DNA from: Candidatus Babelota bacterium
Lineage (GTDB): Bacteria; Babelota; Babeliae; Babelales; Vermiphilaceae
Length of the DNA stretch: 32,000 nucleotides
NCBI GenBank assembly: GCA_039809905.1
Contig: JBDHVY010000001.1
Location: forward strand, 1,170,001 to 1,202,000
Direction: 5' to 3'
Shown here: positions 8,987 through 16,851 of the stretch, in pieces
Layout of the letters: the number at the start of each line of letters is the position of its first letter
Position numbering within the stretch: the first letter of the stretch is position 1
The notes under the pieces: generated by a model
Databases searched by the model: none
What the model saw: the letters and a program-made list of their open reading frames with translations, nothing else
What the model was told of the DNA's origin: nothing
Program-made: the position numbers and the translations under genes

Positions 8987-9025
8987 GCCCTTTGTAGCTC
9001 GCAGAGGGTTGTAGGTTCAAAGGGC
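8987..9025. other. G+C-rich hairpin in the divergent promoter region between 7169..8890(-) and 9143..9715(+)
   Basis: 8-bp stem gccctttg (8987-8994) / caaagggc (9018-9025) enclosing 23 nt. Confidence 0.35.
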
Positions 9026-9142
9026 TTTCTTGGCGTAAGTGGCAATTCAATTGTGTGTCAATGATAAATTGAAATACTTATGAAATATTATATAATCGTC
9101 ATGTAGGTATATGTTTCCAATTATGATTTTTATAGGTTAATC

Positions 9143-9715
9143 ATGTATAGGATGTTTAAAGCTTGTATATTAGTGCTCGTTTCAATAAGCTCATCTCTCT
9201 GCTTTAGTATGCATGGTATGAACGCTATAGAAAGAGCACGTGACCATTTCGATCGTATGGCTGAATATTCACATAAAACTAAACTTTTGGAACATTCTTC
9301 TTTTACCGGAGAAAGCTTAAACTTTCAAAATAGATTTTTTACTTCGAAATATATGGAGTTGCCAGGAGATATTGCTTCTCACATTCTTCTTATAAGCAAA
9401 AATGTTTCGGTAGATCCAAGTGGTCTTGTCTTTGCATATCATGGTCATTATCGTAAACAAAGCAATGATCTTATACAGTCTTTTGCACATGCGTATCTAC
9501 AAAAAGCAGAGTTATATGATCGGCAATATCAAAAACTGTTTCTTAGGCCTGATAGCAGTGAACGTCTTTTGTCTTTAAACATAATGATGCATAATGACTT
9601 AGGTCTTCGTAATCTCGTATATGATGATATGGCCCCGGCATTCCATGCTAACCATTACCCAATAGTATTAGAGATCTATCAAAGATATTATAATACATCA
9701 CGACTTTATCAATAA
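9143..9715 (+). CDS. Hypothetical exported protein
   Basis: 190-aa ORF in an otherwise empty interval, followed by a terminator. The leader is MFKACILVLVSISSSLCFSM. I recognise no domain. Confidence 0.6.
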   Translation: MYRMFKACILVLVSISSSLCFSMHGMNAIERARDHFDRMAEYSHKTKLLEHSSFTGESLNFQNRFFTSKYMELPGDIASHILLISKNVSVDPSGLVFAYHGHYRKQSNDLIQSFAHAYLQKAELYDRQYQKLFLRPDSSERLLSLNIMMHNDLGLRNLVYDDMAPAFHANHYPIVLEIYQRYYNTSRLYQ

Positions 9716-9756
9716 TCACTTATTCCTAAACTGCAAATTTAGATAGCTGATAAAGT

Positions 9757-9789
9757 AAAAAACCTCCTAAAAAATTTAGGAGGTTTTTT
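9757..9789. terminator. Bidirectional terminator between convergent genes 9143..9715 and ychF
   Basis: 11-bp stem aacctcctaaa / tttaggaggtt with a 3-nt loop, A-run upstream and T-run downstream. Confidence 0.8.
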
Positions 9790-9807
9790 ACTTTAATTAC
9801 ATTAATT

Positions 9808-10914
9808 TTATACGTTAAACCGAATGTGCACAATATCACCATCTTGAACTAAATAACCTTGACCTTCGATGCGCATTTTTCCTGCTGTTTTGATAGCAGA
9901 TTCTGTTTTGTGCATCATAATATCATCATAACTAAACGTTTCTGAACAGATAAATCCGCGTTCTATATCAGAATGTATTTCTCCTGCTGCGCAGCGAATA
10001 GTAGTGCCTTTACGTATTGGCCATGCGTGAATTTCTTTTGGTCCACAGGTAAAGAATGTAATAAGACCAAGATTGTCATATGTTTTTTTGATAATTGCGT
10101 CTAATCCCGTTTGGACGATACCAAGAATGTTCATGAATTCATCGGCTTCAGCAGGTTCCATTTGGGTTAGTTCGTATTCAACTCGTGCACTAATTGGTAT
10201 AACAAGACTTTCTCCAAAATGGTCAACAAGCGCTTTATAGTGTTTATTATTGAGGTATTGTTTATTTTCAAGCTCGCCTTCGCCAATATTGGCAATCACT
10301 AAGAATTTTTTTGTGCTCAATAAAGAAATAGTTTTTGTATGTGCATTATTCACTAATTCTTTTGCTTTGTCGGCATTGCCATTTTCGAGAATTATGCGTA
10401 CAGCTTTAAGCAGTTCTAATTCTTCATGGAATGTTTTTTGCTCTGCTCCGGATAGTTTTCCTTTAAGTGATTTTTCTACTTTTGGAATTCTATTATCAAT
10501 TGATTCAATATCTTTGAGCATAAGCTCTGCCATAATTACTTCAAAATCATTAATAGGATCAACTTCTGTTGAGCGAATAATGTTTGGATCTTCAAAACAA
10601 CGCAATACGTGTAAAATAAGATCAACTTGGGCAATATTGCCTAAAAATTGGTTTCCTAATCCTTCTCCTGTTGCAGCACCTTTTACTAGTCCTGCAATAT
10701 CAACAAAGGTGACAGTGGAAGGAATTATTTTGCCAGAATTATATATTTTCTTGAGATTTTCAAGTCGTTCATCAGGAACTTCAGTTATTGCAATATGGGG
10801 ATCAATGGTACAGAATGGATAATTTTCCATCGGAATGCTTGATTTTGTTAGTGCATTAAACAAAGTTGACTTGCCAACATTGGGAAGTCCAACAAGTCCA
10901 GCTTTAATACTCAT
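9808..10914 (-). CDS. ychF: Ribosome-binding ATPase YchF (Obg-like GTPase/ATPase family)
   Basis: 368 aa. It has the P-loop GLVGLPNVGKSTLFNALT, FCTIDP, VDIAGLVKGA..GEGLGNQFL, the TGS-like C-terminus and the terminal motif QDGDIVHIRFNV. Confidence 0.95.
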   Translation of the reverse strand: MSIKAGLVGLPNVGKSTLFNALTKSSIPMENYPFCTIDPHIAITEVPDERLENLKKIYNSGKIIPSTVTFVDIAGLVKGAATGEGLGNQFLGNIAQVDLILHVLRCFEDPNIIRSTEVDPINDFEVIMAELMLKDIESIDNRIPKVEKSLKGKLSGAEQKTFHEELELLKAVRIILENGNADKAKELVNNAHTKTISLLSTKKFLVIANIGEGELENKQYLNNKHYKALVDHFGESLVIPISARVEYELTQMEPAEADEFMNILGIVQTGLDAIIKKTYDNLGLITFFTCGPKEIHAWPIRKGTTIRCAAGEIHSDIERGFICSETFSYDDIMMHKTESAIKTAGKMRIEGQGYLVQDGDIVHIRFNV

Positions 10915-11014
10915 GATAGTGCTTTCATATATGTCTTCAATACGGTCATTTATACTCTTTAGTGTGCGTTAAAAAGGCTTTTTAATCAATTATTCTTTAT
11001 TGACTACTTTTTTA

Positions 11015-11043
11015 TTGCACAAAAAAATATGGTGTGTTAATAA
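11015..11043 (+). promoter_or_regulatory. Candidate sigma70-type promoter for 11091..11381
   Basis: TTGCAC - 17 nt - TAATAA, about 45 nt upstream of a strong AAGGAGAGG Shine-Dalgarno site. Called from sequence pattern only. Confidence 0.3.
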
Positions 11044-11090
11044 TGGAATGGTAGTTTTTATATGTTTTCTATAAAAGGAGAGGTCTTCTT

Positions 11091-11381
11091 ATGGCGCACA
11101 AATCACCAGTGATGAAAATGCTCGGCTTGGCAACATGGGTAATTACAGCCCTTGTTTCGGTTAACGTATTGACAACAAATTATGGCTATGATGCTTTTGA
11201 CTGGTTAGTAAACATGATGCCAGGAGTAGCTATAGCGCTTGTATGGATTATTGGTCTTTCTGGTATTATTAGTTTGGTGATGTTTGTGCAATTCGCCTTT
11301 ATGTGCTGCCCTGGATGTGGATCATGTCCTTGTACTTGCAATTCTGGTATGAATAACATGAATAATATGCACAAAATGTAA
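11091..11381 (+). CDS. Small two-helix membrane protein with a Cys-rich C-terminal tail
   Basis: 96-aa ORF preceded by AAAAGGAGAGG 7 nt upstream. It has two hydrophobic helices and the tail FMCCPGCGSCPCTCNSGMNNMNNMHKM, and is followed by a terminator. Confidence 0.65.
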   Translation: MAHKSPVMKMLGLATWVITALVSVNVLTTNYGYDAFDWLVNMMPGVAIALVWIIGLSGIISLVMFVQFAFMCCPGCGSCPCTCNSGMNNMNNMHKM

Positions 11382-11408
11382 GTCTTTTCTTTTAAATAAT
11401 TTTTATAT

Positions 11409-11440
11409 AAAAAAAGCCCAGCTTATACTGGGCTTTTTTT
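11409..11440. terminator. Bidirectional terminator between convergent 11091..11381 and 11442..13100
   Basis: Stem agccca / tgggct with an 8-nt loop, flanked by an A-run and tttttttt. Confidence 0.75.
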
Positions 11441-11441
11441 A

Positions 11442-13100
11442 TTATGTTGTTTTTTTCCGCTCGACAGCATATTTTAATGTTTTAATAATTTTTGCTTGAT
11501 TAACACGTATGTTGAATTCAGCTTGTTCTAGAACTTTTCGAGCGTCTTCTGGTGATTCATAGTGAAAATGTTTTGTTTGGGCAAATCCATGATTAGTCTC
11601 ATAATCAAGATCAAATCCTGATAAATTGTATTCTGGGAATAATGATTTATTTTTTTCCCATAGTTCTTGATCGCTTATGCGTGGCATATAGATAACGATA
11701 GGAACATTCGGATCTTTTTTATTTTTGAAAACGCTGATAGTTTTGGTATTAATTTTTTCATAATTAATTTTGGGGAATGCAAGACTGTGTTTTTTTGCAT
11801 AAGCGGCTGCTTTTTTTAATTCGGTTCCTATCTCGCCAGCTGAAGCATCGAATACTATGATAACATCGGCTTTTCGTTCTTGAGAGAATCCAAGGATTGG
11901 TGGAAATGGAAGGTTAAAATTGGTTCCGGCATCAACAAATTTTTTAGTTTTGGATTTTTCTGTTGAATTCATTTTGTACATATAATTTGGTACTTTTGCA
12001 TAAAATTTAAGAGGGCGTGTACCTTCTGATGATTTGAGCATTTTCTCAATAAATTCTGAATGTCCTATTCTTTTTGCTGCTTCATGCTCAATGGTTTCTA
12101 TATTTGCACCAAAAGCAGATCCAAATGTTCCCAAATGATACGCTAAGTTCCTTTCAGGAGGATAGGTATCAAATTCCCCCATAACTGATTCTCCTTCTTC
12201 AAAAAATCGTCCATATGCCCATGACGGTATATAGGTTCCATCGATAGGGTTTCCTATTTCATGAGGAGTAAATTCATACCATATTTGATCTGAAACAATA
12301 TTTTCAGCACCATCAATTGCTACGTAAACGGGACAGGGGAGTTCTCCATGAGCAACCTTTTTTGCTTGATCTGATAAGTAAACGATATGTCTATCATCAC
12401 CAAAGCATTGCAAAAAATTGTTGCCTAATAAACTACCATATAAATCTACGGGAGTTTTTTTTTGTTTATGAATATCTTTTGCTCGAGCAATATCAAAGAT
12501 TAATAATTCTTCTTTGTCTGTAGGATTTATAAATGATTTTGATACGCAATTGATGATATATTTTTTGAGCTCTTGGCATGGCATACCACTAGACATCCAT
12601 GGTGCAACTGTCCACGTAGAACCAGAAAGCGCTGTCACATGAGTGATAGCATCAAGAATGCCTATGTTTTCTACGCCACATAGTGCTCCTGCGGTATATA
12701 ATGCTGCTCGGCATCCACCGCCACTATTGACCATAGCAACTTTTAATATCTGTTCGTTTTGTAATGGTTCGCCTACTATTTTCTCTAAACAGGCTTTATT
12801 AACAGCAAGCCGTTTTTGTAAACATTTTTTTTCGCCATCACTAATTTCTGGACCTTTTCTAACGGAAGCAGGTTTAAATTTATATTGATTATGAGTTATT
12901 GCTTTTGGTTCACCAGCTAGTGCATTGCCAAGTTCGGGTATAATAGTGCCAATAACGGTACCAAGTTCCTTTTTTGCAGTTTCAATATCTTTTTCAAAAT
13001 GGCGGATGTCTTTTTCGATGTTCTCTTTGAGATGATGCATACTGTGAGAATATGGACTAAAAAATATACATATAAGAATGGCTGAAAGCTGAATAAACAT
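11442..13100 (-). CDS. Exported cytosolic-phospholipase-A2-type (PLA2_B / lysophospholipase catalytic domain) lipase
   Basis: 552 aa. VNSGGGCRAALYTAGALCGVENIGILDAITHVTALSGSTW matches the cPLA2 oxyanion GGGxR block and the G-L-S-G-S-T-W nucleophile elbow. FVDAGTNFNLPFPPIL...ADVIIVFDASAG matches the catalytic-Asp D-A-G block. The leader is MFIQLSAILICIFFSPYSHSM. Confidence 0.8.
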   Translation of the reverse strand: MFIQLSAILICIFFSPYSHSMHHLKENIEKDIRHFEKDIETAKKELGTVIGTIIPELGNALAGEPKAITHNQYKFKPASVRKGPEISDGEKKCLQKRLAVNKACLEKIVGEPLQNEQILKVAMVNSGGGCRAALYTAGALCGVENIGILDAITHVTALSGSTWTVAPWMSSGMPCQELKKYIINCVSKSFINPTDKEELLIFDIARAKDIHKQKKTPVDLYGSLLGNNFLQCFGDDRHIVYLSDQAKKVAHGELPCPVYVAIDGAENIVSDQIWYEFTPHEIGNPIDGTYIPSWAYGRFFEEGESVMGEFDTYPPERNLAYHLGTFGSAFGANIETIEHEAAKRIGHSEFIEKMLKSSEGTRPLKFYAKVPNYMYKMNSTEKSKTKKFVDAGTNFNLPFPPILGFSQERKADVIIVFDASAGEIGTELKKAAAYAKKHSLAFPKINYEKINTKTISVFKNKKDPNVPIVIYMPRISDQELWEKNKSLFPEYNLSGFDLDYETNHGFAQTKHFHYESPEDARKVLEQAEFNIRVNQAKIIKTLKYAVERKKTT

Positions 13101-13256
13101 ACATTTTCCTTTTTTTGATAAATGTTATACCGATCATATAAATAAAGCTTATTTTTTTTCAAGAATTATCGCTTGGATAGCCGTTTTATTGACAAAAACG
13201 ATATTAATGTCAAGCTAATTATGTTGTAACAACTTGATCTTTTTAAGGATTTTTGC

Positions 13257-13982
13257 ATGTTTTATAAAAAAAGAATATTGGTGGGGTTGCTTGTTATTTT
13301 AAGTAGCTTTAATAGTGCATCCTATACTCAAGAAAAAATTGATAATAAAACGTATGTATTAAATAATGTTCGCTGGGTATTTTCAGAAATTCAAAACATG
13401 CCTTTACCTAAGGAATGGAAATTCTATTTCAAGAATAATGAGGCAAGAGTATTAGCTTTTATTGCTCGTGAGCTAGATGAGCAAGAGGAAAGAAGCAAAC
13501 AGCGTGAGAAAATGAAAGAGACAGGATCCCTTTTAAAAGAAATGCGATCAGAAATAAGTAGAACGGGTAAGGGATATTCATACGCCAAAGGTATTCATGA
13601 ATGCGAGCTCAATGCTTCTTGGCGAGGCTGTAGTCAAGAGTGTCATAAACTTGCAGAGTATTATAGAGAATACTTAGAATATTCTGCAGCTTTTCTTATT
13701 CAGGAAAAAATTCAATCTTTGGATAAGCAAAAGACTGCGCATCCAAATGATATAGAATTGACTGATTTTTTACAAAGAGAAAAAAAACAATTGGAAAAAA
13801 AATTAAAATCAATCTCTATCTACGACAGAAGTAAGCCAGGACAATCATATTATGAATCTCTTTCTGAAGAAAAAAAGAAAGATTTAACTCGTGCAATAGA
13901 AGAAATTACAAAAAAAGAAGAAAAGATTGATAATTATTCGAGTGAATTTTTATTAATGCACAATGTGTTTAAAAGAAAATAG
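13257..13982 (+). CDS. Hypothetical exported, charged/coiled-coil-rich protein
   Basis: 241-aa ORF with a leader (ILVGLLVILSSFNSASY), Lys/Glu-rich segments and a terminator downstream. I recognise no domain. Confidence 0.6.
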   Translation: MFYKKRILVGLLVILSSFNSASYTQEKIDNKTYVLNNVRWVFSEIQNMPLPKEWKFYFKNNEARVLAFIARELDEQEERSKQREKMKETGSLLKEMRSEISRTGKGYSYAKGIHECELNASWRGCSQECHKLAEYYREYLEYSAAFLIQEKIQSLDKQKTAHPNDIELTDFLQREKKQLEKKLKSISIYDRSKPGQSYYESLSEEKKKDLTRAIEEITKKEEKIDNYSSEFLLMHNVFKRK

Positions 13983-14003
13983 TTTTTATATAAAACATAA
14001 GAT

Positions 14004-14040
14004 AAAAAAGAAGGCTGTTATATAACAGCCTTCTTTTTTT
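14004..14040. terminator. Bidirectional terminator between convergent 13257..13982 and 14039..15496
   Basis: Perfect 24-nt palindrome gaaggctgttatataacagccttc flanked by aaaaaa and ttttttt. It abuts the stop codon of the minus-strand gene. Confidence 0.8.
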
Positions 14041-15496
14041 AGCTTTCACCATATTTTTGCAATAACATATTCCTGAATTTATTATCAGGATCATATGTTT
14101 TTTTTGTTTTCAAAAGATCATCAAATTGTGGATAGGCCTTGGTAAATTGTTTTTTTGTTGCGCACATAATGTAGGGAAGATAATAGGTACCATTATGTTT
14201 TAATGCTGCCTCAATAATTTTTTCTGTCCATCTACAAGATCGATTAATTGACCACCGATTATTGAAGATGTTAAGATACAATACAAATGCAAATGAATTG
14301 TGTGGAGCATAGGACATTGTTGAAGTTGTATCAGCAGGAACGTATCGGATAGATACATTCAATACATTTACCCAATTTTTTTTCAATATTTTGACAAGCT
14401 TTTTTGCAAATTTTTCTGCGTGTTCTATCGGAATAAAATATTCTTGTAGAGTCATTGTTGAAGGAAAATGCCAATCTATAGCTAACTGATTTACCGAATA
14501 ACTCATTTCGTTATTGCGCCATACGACAGTGGTAGGGGATTTTATTTTTTTGAATTTTTCGAACGGTGCGCGACTAACATGAGCAAGAGGTACTCGTCTG
14601 AGAAACATTTCCAATGATTTATTGACCATATAAAAAGGTGATGAAGGTTCTTGTAGGCGGGTTTCATCAGTAACTAATTTATCAGTTGTATGCCATGTGG
14701 TGGTAAAACATTGTTGATAACGTTTGGGTAATAAATCTGTATTATAAAAAATGGTTGATACATCAGGAGCTATTGTTGATTCAAAAATATCTTTAAAGTT
14801 ATTGATAGTGCATTCATGTATTGTACGTTCAAGAGGTCTGTTTTCAGTTAAGCTTATTGTTGCTTGAGTAATAATGCCCAATAATCCATATCCGCCGATG
14901 GCAGCTTTAAAAAGATCAGCATTTTCTGTTCTGCTTGCAGAAATAAGATCGCCATTTGCTAAAACTATTTGAATTGATTCAATACCATTAATAACTGATC
15001 CATAGCGTATATCGCGGCCATGTGCATTAATACTTATTGATCCACCAACACTAAAGTTGTTGTATGATTGCATTGCTTTTACTGATAAATTATGAGGATC
15101 AATATATTTTTGAACATCATACCAGGTAGCACCTGCTTGCACCGTAATGATCTTTTTGTCTTTATTGAATGCAATAACTTTATTAAGATGTGATGTATCA
15201 ATGGCAATACTGTTTGGATATCCAATTTGCCCACCTTGAGAATAACCAGCTCCTATAACAGAAATTGGTTGTGTGCTATTGCTTATGATTTTTTGTAATT
15301 CTGTAACTGATTTAGGAGAGATAATATTGTTAACGCGAATTGAGCTAATACCCAATTTATCGGTTATGAAAATATCAGAGGTAAAACCATAGGAAAAGAG
15401 CTTGCACGTGTTGCCAAAGATTAAAAATATTGATGATATTGTGATCGTAGATAGAATTAACATTCTATTTTTCATATTACTTCCAATTTCATACAA
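14039..15496 (-). CDS. Membrane-anchored FAD-linked oxidase (PCMH-type FAD-binding domain family)
   Basis: 485 aa with an N-terminal hydrophobic anchor. FAD_binding_4-type blocks are ISVIGAGYSQGGQ, VQAGATWYDV, VGGSISINAHG and GGYGLLGIITQATISL. The C-terminal YPQFDDLLKTKKTYDPDNKFRN is typical of this superfamily. The substrate is unknown. Confidence 0.75.
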   Translation of the reverse strand: MYEIGSNMKNRMLILSTITISSIFLIFGNTCKLFSYGFTSDIFITDKLGISSIRVNNIISPKSVTELQKIISNSTQPISVIGAGYSQGGQIGYPNSIAIDTSHLNKVIAFNKDKKIITVQAGATWYDVQKYIDPHNLSVKAMQSYNNFSVGGSISINAHGRDIRYGSVINGIESIQIVLANGDLISASRTENADLFKAAIGGYGLLGIITQATISLTENRPLERTIHECTINNFKDIFESTIAPDVSTIFYNTDLLPKRYQQCFTTTWHTTDKLVTDETRLQEPSSPFYMVNKSLEMFLRRVPLAHVSRAPFEKFKKIKSPTTVVWRNNEMSYSVNQLAIDWHFPSTMTLQEYFIPIEHAEKFAKKLVKILKKNWVNVLNVSIRYVPADTTSTMSYAPHNSFAFVLYLNIFNNRWSINRSCRWTEKIIEAALKHNGTYYLPYIMCATKKQFTKAYPQFDDLLKTKKTYDPDNKFRNMLLQKYGES

Positions 15497-15559
15497 TCTT
15501 TTTTAATTAACGTATCGCAAGTTGTACTTTTTTTGCAAGAATATGAAAGTTATCGATTT

Positions 15560-16846
15560 TCAAGTAAATGAGCGCCTTGATAATAGAGTTGTAAGAAGCA
15601 AAGATGTAATCAATAATCCGCTGGCAAGGGCGATGATATAGATACCATATCTTCCACTGAGTTTTGTAGAATTTTTTGATATTACAACATAGGCAGAAGT
15701 GGCGCCATGATTCAAGAGCAATTCTATTATTGGTTTTTTAATTTCTTGGCTAATATCACAATGGTTTAAGAAAGAAAGAGCTGTATATCCTTCGGCGTTA
15801 ATAGCATTTGGATTGGCGTCATGTTCTAATAATGATTGAACTGCGTATTGATTGGCATCTACATGAGATATCACACATAAGAGGGGCGTATCTTGCTTAT
15901 TGTTAATAACATTGGTTTTTGCGCCTTTGGAGAGTAAAAAATCTATTATAACGGCATTTTGCATTTTCGATGCGATATGAAGAGGCGTATCTCCTTTTTC
16001 ATCCCTAAGAGTTACAAGGTTTGGATTTTTTTCAAATAGTAGATTTGCTATCTCAATATGTTTGCAGGAAAAACCCTGGTTGTATATCTTATCTATGTGA
16101 TCCTCTTCAAGGCCATTATTATGATATTGTTCACGAGTTTTTAGTCTATGTTCGCATTCGCAAAGAGCATAAAAACAATTACTATTCATTTTTAGTGCTG
16201 CGCCATGATCTAACAATAGCTTTGTAAAATCTATGTTTTGGTATCGTATGCATTCTGCTAAACATTCGAATGTAATAAATTTTTTGTTAATTAAGCCTGT
16301 GCGAATTTTTTTATTTAATTCATTTTTATTTTTGAGTAATAACTCAACTATCTTGTATGCATCCGTATTTTTATTTCTTTTTTTACGTACAAAATCTTTC
16401 ATTAAATAAGTGAGTAAGTCTCCAGAGCTATTTCCACAACAGAATGATTCTTTTCTTTCAATTAAAAATTTAACTAAGTCATATTTTTGATGTATACATG
16501 CAAAGTAAACAGCAGGCAAGCAACTGTTCTCTCTGGTGCCTGCTTCGCGATAATCAAAACCTCTAACGGATAAAAAATTATTTATTATATCAACATTTCC
16601 TAAGCAACATAGGTCTTCGAGCAAGCCGTCTTTGCCTGGAAATTGATCGTTTCGTAAGAGTAGTTCTTTTATGTATGGTATATGAGATTCGTCACATTCT
16701 TTAGCCGATATAATTTTTTTTAGCCTTGAGAATTCTATCATGCTTTTTTCTTCATTGCTTAGCACTAAAGATTGAGATGATTCTATGCTGTAGGTTGATA
16801 GAGCAAATAAAAATATAGTAAAAAATAGAGAACAAAACTTTGTCAT
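15560..16846 (-). CDS. Ankyrin-repeat protein with N-terminal leader and C-terminal hydrophobic tail anchor
   Basis: 428 aa. ANK repeats include GDTPLHIASKMQNAVIIDFLLSKGAKTNVINNKQDTPL and EGYTALSFL...LLLNHGA. The last ~28 aa are GIYIIALASGLLITSLLLTTLLSRRSFT. It is collinear with its neighbour, sharing the QFPxKxGLLExLCCLG block. Confidence 0.85.
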   Translation of the reverse strand: MTKFCSLFFTIFLFALSTYSIESSQSLVLSNEEKSMIEFSRLKKIISAKECDESHIPYIKELLLRNDQFPGKDGLLEDLCCLGNVDIINNFLSVRGFDYREAGTRENSCLPAVYFACIHQKYDLVKFLIERKESFCCGNSSGDLLTYLMKDFVRKKRNKNTDAYKIVELLLKNKNELNKKIRTGLINKKFITFECLAECIRYQNIDFTKLLLDHGAALKMNSNCFYALCECEHRLKTREQYHNNGLEEDHIDKIYNQGFSCKHIEIANLLFEKNPNLVTLRDEKGDTPLHIASKMQNAVIIDFLLSKGAKTNVINNKQDTPLLCVISHVDANQYAVQSLLEHDANPNAINAEGYTALSFLNHCDISQEIKKPIIELLLNHGATSAYVVISKNSTKLSGRYGIYIIALASGLLITSLLLTTLLSRRSFT

Positions 16847-16851
16847 GGTAT

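Noticed and set aside
8990-9025. tRNA or tRNA fragment (gtagctc...ggttcaaa words)
   Set aside because: No cloverleaf can be drawn. There is no acceptor stem, anticodon arm or T-stem complementarity around ggttcaaa.
10250-10822. 190-aa plus-strand ORF antisense to ychF, and likewise 22319..22900 (193 aa) and smaller ORFs antisense to dnaK
   Set aside because: They lie entirely within strongly supported conserved genes on the opposite strand. Their Ser/Leu-rich composition is typical of antisense frames.
12917-13162. 81-aa minus-strand ORF overlapping the 5' end of the PLA2-like gene
   Set aside because: It is an alternative frame over the same DNA as a gene with strong catalytic motifs, and its content is not protein-like.
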